From assembly GCA_964473905.1 (NCBI GenBank), contig CAYYQY010000003.1:20546-84545 (forward strand): a stretch of DNA of 64,000 nt, in the 5' to 3' direction. The position numbers and the translations under genes are program-made. This document shows positions 46,282-55,457 of the stretch, in pieces. Origin of the DNA: an uncultured Dehalococcoidales bacterium (lineage in GTDB: Bacteria; Chloroflexota; Dehalococcoidia; Dehalococcoidales; CAYYQY01). How positions within the stretch are numbered: the first letter of the stretch is position 1; every line of letters starts with the position of its first letter. The notes beneath the pieces are model-generated. The model searched no databases. It saw only the letters and a list, made by a program, of their open reading frames with translations, and was not told the DNA's origin.

Positions 46282-47793
46282 TTAAAAACACAGTTTACCC
46301 GGGTTCATAATGTTATTCGGGTCACTCTTATTCTTGAGTTTCTTCAGATATTCGGCGTAAGTCCCGGAGCGACTGTACATAATTTCAGCCCAGGGTCCGT
46401 AGGGTCTATCAAAGAAACCACCCATATCAACCACTACTTCGCTGGCCTCTTTGTAGAGAGCCTTAACCGCTTGACTTTCCGCCGCGTCGTCAAGGTTGCA
46501 GTGAAAGTCAAATTCGCAGTATATGGTTCTCGCCCGCTCTATGGGCAGCAGATAGCCGCCGATATCACTGGTCGGGTAGTTGTATTTACAGGCTACGTCG
46601 TAGATAGCTGCCTCCAGTAAGCCTACCGTGTCCGGGCTCGAGTGGAACATAAGCCCGTGGCATGAGCCTTTATAACCGAATCGCTTCTGCATCCGGCCAG
46701 GCAGTATCACTTCCTCCTTGATGATATTGCTCAGTCCGGTTATAGCACCTACGGTATTCTTTAGCTCGCAACCACTTTCAACCGCTACGTCCTTCAGGTC
46801 CAGTTCCTGGTAGGCTAGTTTCTCATCGGCGCGTCTTGCCCAGCCGGTGAGGCAAACAATTATCGTCCAGGGTGGCAGGTTACCTCTGATGCTTTCAAAC
46901 TGCATGACCTGCTCTTCTGTCCAGGGGTTGGCGCCTCTATTCCCGACGTAAGTTCCCTTTTTCAGCTTATCGTCCTCACCCGGTATGTCTACCACCAGGG
47001 CGGCCAGGTCAAAGCTGTTAAAGGCAAAACATTCCAGTCCCAGTTCCTTGCGCTCAATACGCTGTATGATATGGGTCGCCTGGCTTACTGTCTCCGCCGG
47101 TATAAAGATGACTTTTTGGGCGGTCGGTAGTGGCAGGAGCCTTATTGCCATCTGTGTCACGATGCCGAAGGTGCCCTGAGAGCCCATGTAAAGGCGATAA
47201 AAGTCAAATGCCGGTCCGTCCGGGGCCATAGCACGTGATTTCTGTGTTGGCGGATGACCTATCGTGAACAGCTCGCCGGTAGGCATTAACATGTCGTAGG
47301 TACTGAAAAGCTCATTACCGAAGACGAAATCAGGAGCGGTAACCACCGGGTTCCTCTCTATATAGTCCACCAGCACCGAAGCCGAAGGCGGACTGGTAAG
47401 CGGTGCGGCTACTCTCAGGCCGTATTTTTCCAGTTCCGGTTGAAGCTGGGCATAGGTTACTCCGGCTTCAATCAGGGCGTGCCAGTTCCGCTCGTCTATA
47501 TAGGTAATCTTGTTGAGCCTCTGCAGGTTTACCAGGATACCGCCGATACTGGGAACGGCACCGCCGTGAAAGTCTGTCCCCGAGCTATAGGGGACAACCG
47601 GCATCAGGAGTTTGTTGGCCAGTCTGACTATTTCCTGGACCTCCGCTACAGTACCCGGCGTGACTACATAGTTAGGCCTTGTCTGCGGGACAAAACTCTG
47701 GTCGCGTGAATATTTATCCAGGACTAAGGGGTCATCGGAGGCATTATCTTTGCCTACGATAGCTGCTAATTCCTCAAGGATGCTATCACTCAC
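46282..47793 (-). CDS. FAD-linked oxidase/dehydrogenase subunit, type B, copy 1 (GlcD/D-lactate dehydrogenase-like)
   Basis: 503 aa. FAD_binding_4-type loop VVPYSSGTDFHGGAVP, and a C-terminal DPNNIMNPGKLCF. Confidence 0.8.
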   Translation of the reverse strand: MSDSILEELAAIVGKDNASDDPLVLDKYSRDQSFVPQTRPNYVVTPGTVAEVQEIVRLANKLLMPVVPYSSGTDFHGGAVPSIGGILVNLQRLNKITYIDERNWHALIEAGVTYAQLQPELEKYGLRVAAPLTSPPSASVLVDYIERNPVVTAPDFVFGNELFSTYDMLMPTGELFTIGHPPTQKSRAMAPDGPAFDFYRLYMGSQGTFGIVTQMAIRLLPLPTAQKVIFIPAETVSQATHIIQRIERKELGLECFAFNSFDLAALVVDIPGEDDKLKKGTYVGNRGANPWTEEQVMQFESIRGNLPPWTIIVCLTGWARRADEKLAYQELDLKDVAVESGCELKNTVGAITGLSNIIKEEVILPGRMQKRFGYKGSCHGLMFHSSPDTVGLLEAAIYDVACKYNYPTSDIGGYLLPIERARTIYCEFDFHCNLDDAAESQAVKALYKEASEVVVDMGGFFDRPYGPWAEIMYSRSGTYAEYLKKLKNKSDPNNIMNPGKLCF

Positions 47794-47860
47794 TTCTCTA
47801 CCCCCTTTCTTGAGTTATGCTGATAGTAAACAGCACTCACCAGTATTTGTTTCTTGGACA

Positions 47861-49393
47861 TTATTGCTCCAGCCTGACAAGCTTCCCCGGGTTCATGGTG
47901 TCGTTGGGGTCAAAGACGTTCTTTATCTGGGTTACCCAGTGCTTGGCGTTGGGACCTACCCTTGGGGAGTATATGGTAAGCACGGGTTCCATATAGTAGT
48001 ATCCCAGGTCAAGCAGGTCTTGCTTGGGTGTGCGGACAAAGCCGTCTATATTCATATCGCGGGCTGAACTCGCTTCCTCGTAATCAGACTGGTCAAAGAC
48101 CGTATCGTCTTCAAACAGCGCGTAATACCCCCGCTCAAAGATGTAAACCCAGGGGGTCTCCTCGTCGAACATGTAGTGGGAATGTCTCATGACTATATCC
48201 TGAGACCGCTCGTAAAACTCCCGGTGGTTGTCTATGTGACCGCAGCCGAGTTTGATAGAAGAAAAGCTGCCCCGGCGCTGGAAACGGCTGCCGCAGCCGT
48301 CGCGGAAGGCATCGCCATGCCAGGTTGCCATCTCTTCATTAAGGTCATCTCTGAACTTGCCGCCGGTCTCCTTGACGATATCCCGGAGAACGTTCTCTTC
48401 GTGGTCCAACTGCCTTGTCGACGAGATACCGGCGTTGATGACGTAAATCATGTGTCGGGGGAAGAACCCCTCGTGCCATCTCTTTTCCGCAAGCTCTTCG
48501 GTTTGCTGTGTCATACCGGTAACCCAACCATTTGAAGCCCCGTTAAGGTGGGTGCCGATGCCGGAGTGCGCGATTTCGTACATGGCTTCATTCATGGGCT
48601 CAATATCGGGGTATTCTACGTAGTAAATCCTGTGGTTGGCAGGTAACGGCGGCCTGTTGTAAACGGTCTCCTGTGGCCATTCGCCTCCGGCCCAGGGATG
48701 CAGCTTCATGGTGGCCTCTACGATAACCGCCATACCGCCATGATTGCAGAACTCAAAAATACCCTTGAGGTCAGGCCCAGGTCCCTGGCACCAGAAGTTG
48801 CCGCAGGCGGGTATGGTAGCCGAACCGGTCTTCAGAATATCACCGTTGGGTAAAACCAGGGTGAGGTTGGCTATTGAGCGCAGACCGACACCGTAGGCCA
48901 GCGAACTCTGCCAGGTACCGCTGTTAATAATGTTGGATAAGAGTCCGCAGCTACCCGGGGCTAACGGGGTGCCCCCGTTCCACAGCCCTCGCTTCATGGT
49001 TTCAGCCTGAATACGGGCGAAACTAACGTAGGGCTGAATGGTAGCCGTCATGGTATCTTCGTTGATTTCAAGAATCTTGTCCATTCGTTTCAGGTCAAGA
49101 GAAATGGTGCCCGGTTCACTCGGTATGCAGAGGGATACCATGTTAGCACCGGTACTTATGGGGATTACCTTTAGCCCGTACCTGTTAGCGATGCGGACTA
49201 CCCCTTGCACCTCCTCCGTGCTTGCCGGTAATACCACCAGGTCCGGAATAGCGGAGGGGTCTTGCTTGTATCTCTTCATAATTCCGGGGAAGGCCCCGTC
49301 CTTGGAGTATGTCTGGCGAACCATGGGGTCATCGCTGATAAAATCAGGGCCGACCACCGCGGCTATTGCTTGATAAACATGAGGTTCAATCAA
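47861..49393 (-). CDS. FAD-linked oxidase/dehydrogenase subunit, type A, copy 1
   Basis: 510 aa. PCMH-type FAD domain with a divergent loop VIPISTGANMVSLCIP, and a C-terminal DPNDTMNPGKL. TTG start behind AAGGAGGTG. Confidence 0.75.
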   Translation of the reverse strand: MIEPHVYQAIAAVVGPDFISDDPMVRQTYSKDGAFPGIMKRYKQDPSAIPDLVVLPASTEEVQGVVRIANRYGLKVIPISTGANMVSLCIPSEPGTISLDLKRMDKILEINEDTMTATIQPYVSFARIQAETMKRGLWNGGTPLAPGSCGLLSNIINSGTWQSSLAYGVGLRSIANLTLVLPNGDILKTGSATIPACGNFWCQGPGPDLKGIFEFCNHGGMAVIVEATMKLHPWAGGEWPQETVYNRPPLPANHRIYYVEYPDIEPMNEAMYEIAHSGIGTHLNGASNGWVTGMTQQTEELAEKRWHEGFFPRHMIYVINAGISSTRQLDHEENVLRDIVKETGGKFRDDLNEEMATWHGDAFRDGCGSRFQRRGSFSSIKLGCGHIDNHREFYERSQDIVMRHSHYMFDEETPWVYIFERGYYALFEDDTVFDQSDYEEASSARDMNIDGFVRTPKQDLLDLGYYYMEPVLTIYSPRVGPNAKHWVTQIKNVFDPNDTMNPGKLVRLEQ

Positions 49394-49410
49394 TTCAACT
49401 CACCTCCTTT

Positions 49411-50646
49411 TCATAACCCCTGCAGTACAAGGTCCAGCAAATCATACATTTTCATCTTGTTGCCGTTTCTCTGGATAGCCTCGCCCAGGTTTTCTTCACA
49501 GTGGGGGCAGTAAGTAACCAGGGCTTCAGCACCGGTGCTCTCTGCCTCCTCAATGCGCTTGTCCGCTGTCCACTGTGCCAGTTCCAGGTATCCATCCCGG
49601 AGCCAGCTACCGGCACCGCAACACCACGAATCATCCCTGTTTCTATCCATTTCGGTTAGTGTAATACCGGGAATACTGTTCAGGATATTCCTGGGTGGCT
49701 CATAGATACCGGAGAAAGCTCCCGTGCCGCTGATACCATAATCGCTGATTCTGCCGAGGTGGCAGGGGTCGTGGTAGGTCACGTTCAGGTTAACCGGCTT
49801 GGTTAGTTTGAGTTTACCCTGGGTTATGAGCTCGTCTGTGAACTCAAGGATATGGACAACCTCAAAGTTCATCTTTTCACCTACCTCGGGGTAGTCGCGC
49901 TTAAAAGTGCTGTAGCAGAAGGGGCAGATGGTAACCAGCTTTTCGATTCCCATATCATTGAACATCTTGATGTTCTCTTTGGCGAAAGCGTGGAACGAGT
50001 CCACATCGCCCATTCGGAGCGAGGGATTGCCACAGCAGCGCTCTTTCTCGCCGAGGATACCGACGTCAACACCGGCCTTGATGAGAACGGTAGCAGCGTC
50101 CTGAGCCATTTTCTCGGCTGAGGGGTCGCGGAGCGGGAAACAGCCGACATAGAGCAGGGTCTTGGTCTTGGTGCCTGTGCCGGAGATACCGTCGGCCAGG
50201 CTGGCGGGCAGACCCTTCATCCAGTTAATTCTCTCGGCGTCGTGTTTCCTGTAGGGGTTCATGTATTCTCTAAGGTCATCCAGGAAGGTTTTGAAGCCGC
50301 CGGGCGGGTTCAGACCGTCCTTGAGTGCCTTGGCCCTCATTGCCTGGATTATCTGTGTGGGTTGCATCTCTTTGATACGTCCGCATATATAATCACAGGC
50401 GCCGCAGAGCGGGTCCTGATAAATTACCTCAAGCATGCTGTCAGACCAGTCCAGTTCGCCCTCAATTAAGGCACGGGCGATATCCATTTTACCCTGAGCA
50501 GCGTAACAGTCAAACTTGTATCGGGATATACTGGGGCAAATCTGGTAGAACTCTGCGTTCTTGGTATGCCAGGGGAAGACCTGCTTACACTGGCTATCGC
50601 GAAAGCAGTTCCAGGTCCACCGACGGTAATCTTTAAGTTCTTTCAT
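49411..50646 (-). CDS. Soluble (Fe-S)-binding protein with two CCG domains (HdrD/GlcF-like), copy 1
   Basis: 411 aa. CCG motifs ...YVGCFP..CCGNP..ICPFCY and ...HDPCHL..CCGAG..YCPHCE. N-terminal non-canonical Cys pattern. ATG behind GGAGGA. Confidence 0.8.
   Translation of the reverse strand: MKELKDYRRWTWNCFRDSQCKQVFPWHTKNAEFYQICPSISRYKFDCYAAQGKMDIARALIEGELDWSDSMLEVIYQDPLCGACDYICGRIKEMQPTQIIQAMRAKALKDGLNPPGGFKTFLDDLREYMNPYRKHDAERINWMKGLPASLADGISGTGTKTKTLLYVGCFPLRDPSAEKMAQDAATVLIKAGVDVGILGEKERCCGNPSLRMGDVDSFHAFAKENIKMFNDMGIEKLVTICPFCYSTFKRDYPEVGEKMNFEVVHILEFTDELITQGKLKLTKPVNLNVTYHDPCHLGRISDYGISGTGAFSGIYEPPRNILNSIPGITLTEMDRNRDDSWCCGAGSWLRDGYLELAQWTADKRIEEAESTGAEALVTYCPHCEENLGEAIQRNGNKMKMYDLLDLVLQGL
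49907..50249. repeat. Near-identical tract shared with 51426-51768 (inside the CCG-protein gene, copy 1)
   Basis: Base-by-base comparison at a fixed offset of 1519 nt gives 343 nt with a single mismatch (49954 A versus 51473 G, synonymous GAT/GAC). Positions 49955-50249 are a perfect 295-nt match. Confidence 0.9.
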
Positions 50647-50882
50647 ACCTTATCCTCCTCATATCTTGAGAAGTGGAAGCGGAGTAGCATGTACTGGCAA
50701 AATACGAATACGTGATACTATCTCTTCCTTATCCATGTCATTCTACTTGCCGGAAAATCTGTAAGCCTAGCCCGGACAAAAAATTCCGAGTGTCATGCCC
50801 GGTATCGTAAGTATAAGGTCTGAATATATACAGGCTGCCGTATTACCGGACAGCATAAATGACATAGCTCTCGCCGTTAATA

Positions 50883-50919
50883 GAAGAGTAAGGTTCTTTT
50901 TTATAGAACCTTACTCTTC
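50883..50919 (-). terminator. Perfect 15-bp hairpin just downstream of the CCG-protein gene, copy 2 (possible terminator separating the two modules)
   Basis: GAAGAGTAAGGTTCT (50883-50897), 7-nt loop, AGAACCTTACTCTTC (50905-50919). Starts 10 nt after the stop codon at 50930. No clear U-tract. Confidence 0.35.
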
Positions 50920-50929
50920 GCTATCTTTA

Positions 50930-52171
50930 TTACAGTGCCTGCAGTACAAGGTCCAGCAGGTCATACATTTGCATCTTGTTGCCGTTTCTCTGGATAGCCT
51001 CGCCCAGGTTTTCTTCACAGTGGGGGCAGTAGGTAACCAGCGCTTCAGCACCGGTGCTTTCTGCCTCCTCAATGCGCCTGTCGGCTGTCCACTGTGCCAT
51101 GTCAAGATATCCGTCCCGGAGCCAGCCACCGGCACCGCAGCACCAGGAATCATCCTTGTTGCGGTACATCTCGGTAAGCGTTACGCCGGGAATGCTGTTC
51201 AGGATGTTTCTTGGCTGTTTATACTTGCCAATGAAATCATCCGTACCACTGGTACCATTACCGCTGATTCTGCCGAGGTGGCAGGGGTCGTGGTAGGTAA
51301 CGTTCAGGTTAACCGGCTTTGTCAGTTTGAGTTTGCCCTGTGCGATAAGTTCATCCACCATATCCAGGATGTGGATAACCTCGAAGTTCATCTTCTCGTC
51401 AACCATGGGATAATCGCGGGTAAAGGTGCTGTAGCAGAAGGGGCAGATGGTAACCAGCTTTTCGATTCCCATGTCATTGAACATCTTGATGTTCTCTTTG
51501 GCGAAAGCGTGGAACGAGTCCACATCGCCCATTCGGAGCGAGGGATTGCCACAGCAGCGCTCTTTCTCGCCGAGGATACCGACGTCAACACCGGCCTTGA
51601 TGAGAACGGTAGCAGCGTCCTGAGCCATTTTCTCGGCTGAGGGGTCGCGGAGCGGGAAACAGCCGACATAGAGCAGGGTCTTGGTCTTGGTGCCTGTGCC
51701 GGAGATACCGTCGGCCAGGCTGGCGGGCAGACCCTTCATCCAGTTAATTCTCTCGGCGTCGTGTTTCCGGAAGGGGTTCATGTATTCTCTGAGGTCATCC
51801 AGGAAGGTTTTAAAGCCGCCGGGCGGGTTCAGGCCGTCCTTGAGTGCCTTGGCCCTCATTGCCTGGATAACCCGGGTTGGTTGCATCTCAGTAATACGTC
51901 CGCAGTTATAATCACAGGCGCCGCAGAGCGGGTCCTGATAGATTACCTCAAGCAGTTTATCTGACCACTCTATTTCACCTTCAATCATGGCACGGGCTAA
52001 ATCGCCCATTTTCCCTTGAGAGGAATAGGCATCAAATTTATAACGTGTCAGAGTCGGGCAGATATCATCATAGTCTGCATTCTTGAGGTGCCAGGTGAAG
52101 ACATGTTTACATGTGCTATCGCGAAAGCAGTTCCAGCACCAATGTCTGTACTCTTCCAGTTCCTTGATCAT
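50930..52171 (-). CDS. Soluble (Fe-S)-binding protein with two CCG domains (HdrD/GlcF-like), copy 2
   Basis: 413 aa. About 85% identical by eye to copy 1, with the same CCG motifs. Confidence 0.8.
   Translation of the reverse strand: MIKELEEYRHWCWNCFRDSTCKHVFTWHLKNADYDDICPTLTRYKFDAYSSQGKMGDLARAMIEGEIEWSDKLLEVIYQDPLCGACDYNCGRITEMQPTRVIQAMRAKALKDGLNPPGGFKTFLDDLREYMNPFRKHDAERINWMKGLPASLADGISGTGTKTKTLLYVGCFPLRDPSAEKMAQDAATVLIKAGVDVGILGEKERCCGNPSLRMGDVDSFHAFAKENIKMFNDMGIEKLVTICPFCYSTFTRDYPMVDEKMNFEVIHILDMVDELIAQGKLKLTKPVNLNVTYHDPCHLGRISGNGTSGTDDFIGKYKQPRNILNSIPGVTLTEMYRNKDDSWCCGAGGWLRDGYLDMAQWTADRRIEEAESTGAEALVTYCPHCEENLGEAIQRNGNKMQMYDLLDLVLQAL
51426..51768. repeat. Near-identical tract shared with 49907-50249 (inside the CCG-protein gene, copy 2)
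   Basis: See the partner repeat at 49907-50249: 343 nt with 1 mismatch, and a 295-nt perfect core (51474-51768). Confidence 0.9.
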
Positions 52172-52191
52172 TTAGACTCCTCCTTTTGAGA

Positions 52192-53715
52192 TTAGAAGCA
52201 GAGCTTGCCCGGATTCATAATGTTGTTGGGGTCCAGTTGCGCCTTTACTTTCTTAAGGTACTCGGCATAGTTACCGCTACGCCGGTACATCATGTCTGCC
52301 CAGACTCCATAGGGCCTATCGAAGAACGCGCCAGCATCGATAGCAGCTTCACTGGCTTCATGGAATAAAGCCTTGACTCTTTCCACGTCAGCGGCACTGG
52401 CTGATTCACAGTGCAGGTCATAGACGCAGTAGAAAGAGCGCGCCCGTTCCACCGGCTGGACATAAGCGCCAACATCACCCCATGAATAGTTGTATTTGGC
52501 AGCTACCTTGGCTATAGCTTCTTCAATCTTGGAGAGTGCAGCACCGGTACTGTAGAACATTAGACCGTGGCAAGAGCCTCTGTAACCAAATCTCTTTTGC
52601 ATTCTCCATGGGAGGAGCATTTCCTCCTCGATTATTTTTCCAAGACCCGATATACCGCCTACGGATGGCTTTAGCTCAAAGCCAACTTCAGCAGACAGGT
52701 CTCTGAGGTCGAGTTCCTGGTATTGAACTTTCTCCTCGGGATGTCTTGCCCAACCTGTAAGCGTAATTACCAGGGTCCAGGGGGGCAGGGCATGTCTCAG
52801 TGTCTCGAAACGCTTTCTTTGAGCCTGAGACCAGGGCTTGGCACCAGTGTTACCGATGTATGAGCCTTGCTTCAAGCTCTTGGTATCGGCGGCGTCCTCG
52901 TCAACGGCGAGGGTAGCCAGGTCAAAGCTGTTGAGCGCGAAGCATTCAAAACCGAGTTCCTGGCGCTGAATGCGTTTCATAGCGCCTATAACGTCAGCGG
53001 CATTAGCAAAGGCAACGAAGAACACTTTCTGTGCTTTGGGTTTCGGGATTACTCTCACGTTAATTTCATAAACAGTACCCAGTGTTCCCTCTGCACACAT
53101 GAACATTCGGTAGAAGTTCAGGCCGGGGCCAAAGATATGCGAGTGTGGGGCCCCTTCAACTGCCGGGTTACCCATGGTGAAGCTGTCACCGTTGGGTATT
53201 ACGACACGCATAGTCTGCATCTGCTCATTGCCGTAAATGAAGTCTGCCGCGCACGGTACCGGCTCTCTCTCAACGTATGAAATGAGGGCTGATGCCGAGG
53301 GAGGAGCCATAAGTGGCGTGGGCAATCTAAGGTCGTGCTTATCGAGCTCTTCTTTCAGCTGGGCAAAGGTTAAACCGGGGCCGATACTTACCCAGTGATA
53401 GAAAGTGTCAAGCTCGGATATCTTGTTCATTTGACTCAGGTCAACCACGATACCGCCCTGAGTGGGTACGGAGCCCCCGTGGAAATCGGTAGCGGAGCTA
53501 CGCGGCACCAGGGGCATGAGTTGCTCGTTGGCGAATTTAACGATGTTTTGCAGTTCCTCGAGTGACTTGGGTTTTACCACATAGTGGGGCTTGCGGGCCG
53601 GGGTAAAGCTCTGGTCACGGGAATATTTTTCTAAGGTAGCAGTGTCGCTGGACACCCCTTTGGCGCCGACTATTTTATTCAGTCCATCTTTAATGGCATC
53701 TTTAACTTCACTCAT
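52192..53715 (-). CDS. FAD-linked oxidase/dehydrogenase subunit, type B, copy 2
   Basis: 507 aa. LVPRSSATDFHGGSVP and a C-terminal DPNNIMNPGKLCF. Roughly half identical to copy 1 by eye. Confidence 0.8.
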   Translation of the reverse strand: MSEVKDAIKDGLNKIVGAKGVSSDTATLEKYSRDQSFTPARKPHYVVKPKSLEELQNIVKFANEQLMPLVPRSSATDFHGGSVPTQGGIVVDLSQMNKISELDTFYHWVSIGPGLTFAQLKEELDKHDLRLPTPLMAPPSASALISYVEREPVPCAADFIYGNEQMQTMRVVIPNGDSFTMGNPAVEGAPHSHIFGPGLNFYRMFMCAEGTLGTVYEINVRVIPKPKAQKVFFVAFANAADVIGAMKRIQRQELGFECFALNSFDLATLAVDEDAADTKSLKQGSYIGNTGAKPWSQAQRKRFETLRHALPPWTLVITLTGWARHPEEKVQYQELDLRDLSAEVGFELKPSVGGISGLGKIIEEEMLLPWRMQKRFGYRGSCHGLMFYSTGAALSKIEEAIAKVAAKYNYSWGDVGAYVQPVERARSFYCVYDLHCESASAADVERVKALFHEASEAAIDAGAFFDRPYGVWADMMYRRSGNYAEYLKKVKAQLDPNNIMNPGKLCF

Positions 53716-53716
53716 C

Positions 53717-55276
53717 TCAACCCTCCTTCTCCGCTTTCTTCTTTTCCGGAGGTCTTATGAAAGTTAATGCGTCCGGATTAAGAATGTCCTTGGGGTCGAA
53801 TACACTCTTCATCCGCTTGAGCATCAAATGGAAATTGGGACCTATCTTGGGGCCAAACCAGGCTCCTGTTGGCTCGGCAAGCGTAAAGTAACCAGAGGGG
53901 TTCTCACAAGTGGTTTTAACGATTTCAACTACGAACGGTAGTATCTTCTGAGAGTAGTCCAGCTGGTCGCCGTAGAGGTCGCGCTCGTCAACCCAGAAAT
54001 AACCGCGGTCGTAGGCATAATACCACGGCCAGGTGGTATTAACGCTTGGAATATCCCCATTTTTAATTACGTCCTGCTGGCTGTGATGAACCTGGACCAT
54101 GTTTTCAATAGGTCCGCGTCCGAATCCGGTTATGGCGTATATTCCGTAACGAATCCAGCGAACGAAGTCGCCGCTGCGGAAGCAGTCCTGGTTATAAGCA
54201 TCCATGTGGCCTCTGCGTTCACCGGTGAGAGGTTCTCCACCCACCTCTTCCATTATCTCCTTCAGTATCATTTCTTCGTAATCCAGCTGGCGGGGAGAGA
54301 AGCCGGCGAGCATAATGTACATCCAGTGCGGTTCGTAAAAACCCTCGTCGAATCGTTTTACGGAAAGCGCCTGGTGAGACTCGCCGACCAGTGAATCAAC
54401 AGATTTCATGGTCAGGTTAACACCAATAGCAATGCCGGCGTAGCATATATCATGGCCGGCTTTAATCGCTTGCTCGGGTTTATTGAATCTGTACCAGAAA
54501 ACGCGATGGTTGGCGGGTAGCGGTGGATGAGCGTAGACCTCCTCTTGGGGCCACTCTCCGCCTACCCAGGTGTGCAGCTTATAAATTACTTCGGTTATCA
54601 CACCGATAGCACCGAAACTGCCCATTTCCCAGAGTGCCTTGAGGTCCGGGCCGGGGCCGTACCAGTAGGTAGAATCGCCTGGATTTAAGCCGTGGGCACC
54701 GGTGCGAATGATTTCTCCGTTAGGCAGGACAACGGTAAAGGCGAGGACGCCTCTGATACCGAAACCATAAGCTACGGAGGTTTGCCAGTCGCCACCATAG
54801 GCCAGTATGTTTGAAATGAGGTTATTACTGGCTGGAGCGGCAGGTGTGCCGCCATTCCATAGACCGCGTTTCATTGCTTCAGCCTGGACTCGGGAGTAGC
54901 TGACCCAAGGTTGCATCCTGATGAACTTGTTTTCCTCATCAATTTCCAGAATCTTGTCCATGCGTTTGAGGTCAAGAATAATAGTCCTGGGCCTTCGCGG
55001 GATACAGTATCCGGTAAGGTTATCCCCAGAACCCATGATTATCACGTTGACTGCGTACCTGTTGCAAATACGCATGACTCCCTGTACTTCTTCTGTATCC
55101 AAAGGGATAACTATGGCATCAGGAATGGCAACCGGGTCTTTTTTCAGCTTCCTCACGGTGATTGATGGGTGAGGATCCCGGCTATAGGCGTGGCGGATAA
55201 CAATGTCATCACTAACAAAATCAGGACCGACAACTTCAGCAAGTGCCTGGATAACATAAGGTTCTATCAATTCCAA
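53717..55276 (-). CDS. FAD-linked oxidase/dehydrogenase subunit, type A, copy 2
   Basis: 519 aa. VIIMGSGDNLTGYCIP and DPKDILNP. The N-terminus MELIEPYVIQALAEVVGPDFVSDD parallels copy 1. TTG start behind AAGGAGGTG. Confidence 0.75.
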   Translation of the reverse strand: MELIEPYVIQALAEVVGPDFVSDDIVIRHAYSRDPHPSITVRKLKKDPVAIPDAIVIPLDTEEVQGVMRICNRYAVNVIIMGSGDNLTGYCIPRRPRTIILDLKRMDKILEIDEENKFIRMQPWVSYSRVQAEAMKRGLWNGGTPAAPASNNLISNILAYGGDWQTSVAYGFGIRGVLAFTVVLPNGEIIRTGAHGLNPGDSTYWYGPGPDLKALWEMGSFGAIGVITEVIYKLHTWVGGEWPQEEVYAHPPLPANHRVFWYRFNKPEQAIKAGHDICYAGIAIGVNLTMKSVDSLVGESHQALSVKRFDEGFYEPHWMYIMLAGFSPRQLDYEEMILKEIMEEVGGEPLTGERRGHMDAYNQDCFRSGDFVRWIRYGIYAITGFGRGPIENMVQVHHSQQDVIKNGDIPSVNTTWPWYYAYDRGYFWVDERDLYGDQLDYSQKILPFVVEIVKTTCENPSGYFTLAEPTGAWFGPKIGPNFHLMLKRMKSVFDPKDILNPDALTFIRPPEKKKAEKEG

Positions 55277-55457
55277 ACCACCTCCTTTAGAATATTAAGT
55301 AAAAAAATAGCTATTATGCTCCGGTGTCACCTCCCTTCTATTCTATACGCATGCCAAAGGCAGCATAAGCAAAAAAGTTATTAACAACTCTACAATATGT
55401 GGTGCTTCAAAGTCAATAGTAACTACGTTGAGCCGGCTCACGGGTTAACGTAGATTT

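Noticed and set aside
50795-51640. A 281-aa plus-strand ORF, together with other long antisense ORFs such as 49852-50121 and 51054-51296
   Set aside because: It is the mirror frame of the minus-strand CCG-protein gene. It has no start context and a low-complexity translation, and its apparent 'conservation' between the two copies just reflects the nucleotide identity of the conversion tract.
55322-55335. A 14-nt string CGGTGTCACCTCCC shared with 35766-35779
   Set aside because: It is essentially an SD complement (GGGAGGTGACACCG). A single 14-mer repeat is within chance expectation for a window of this size.
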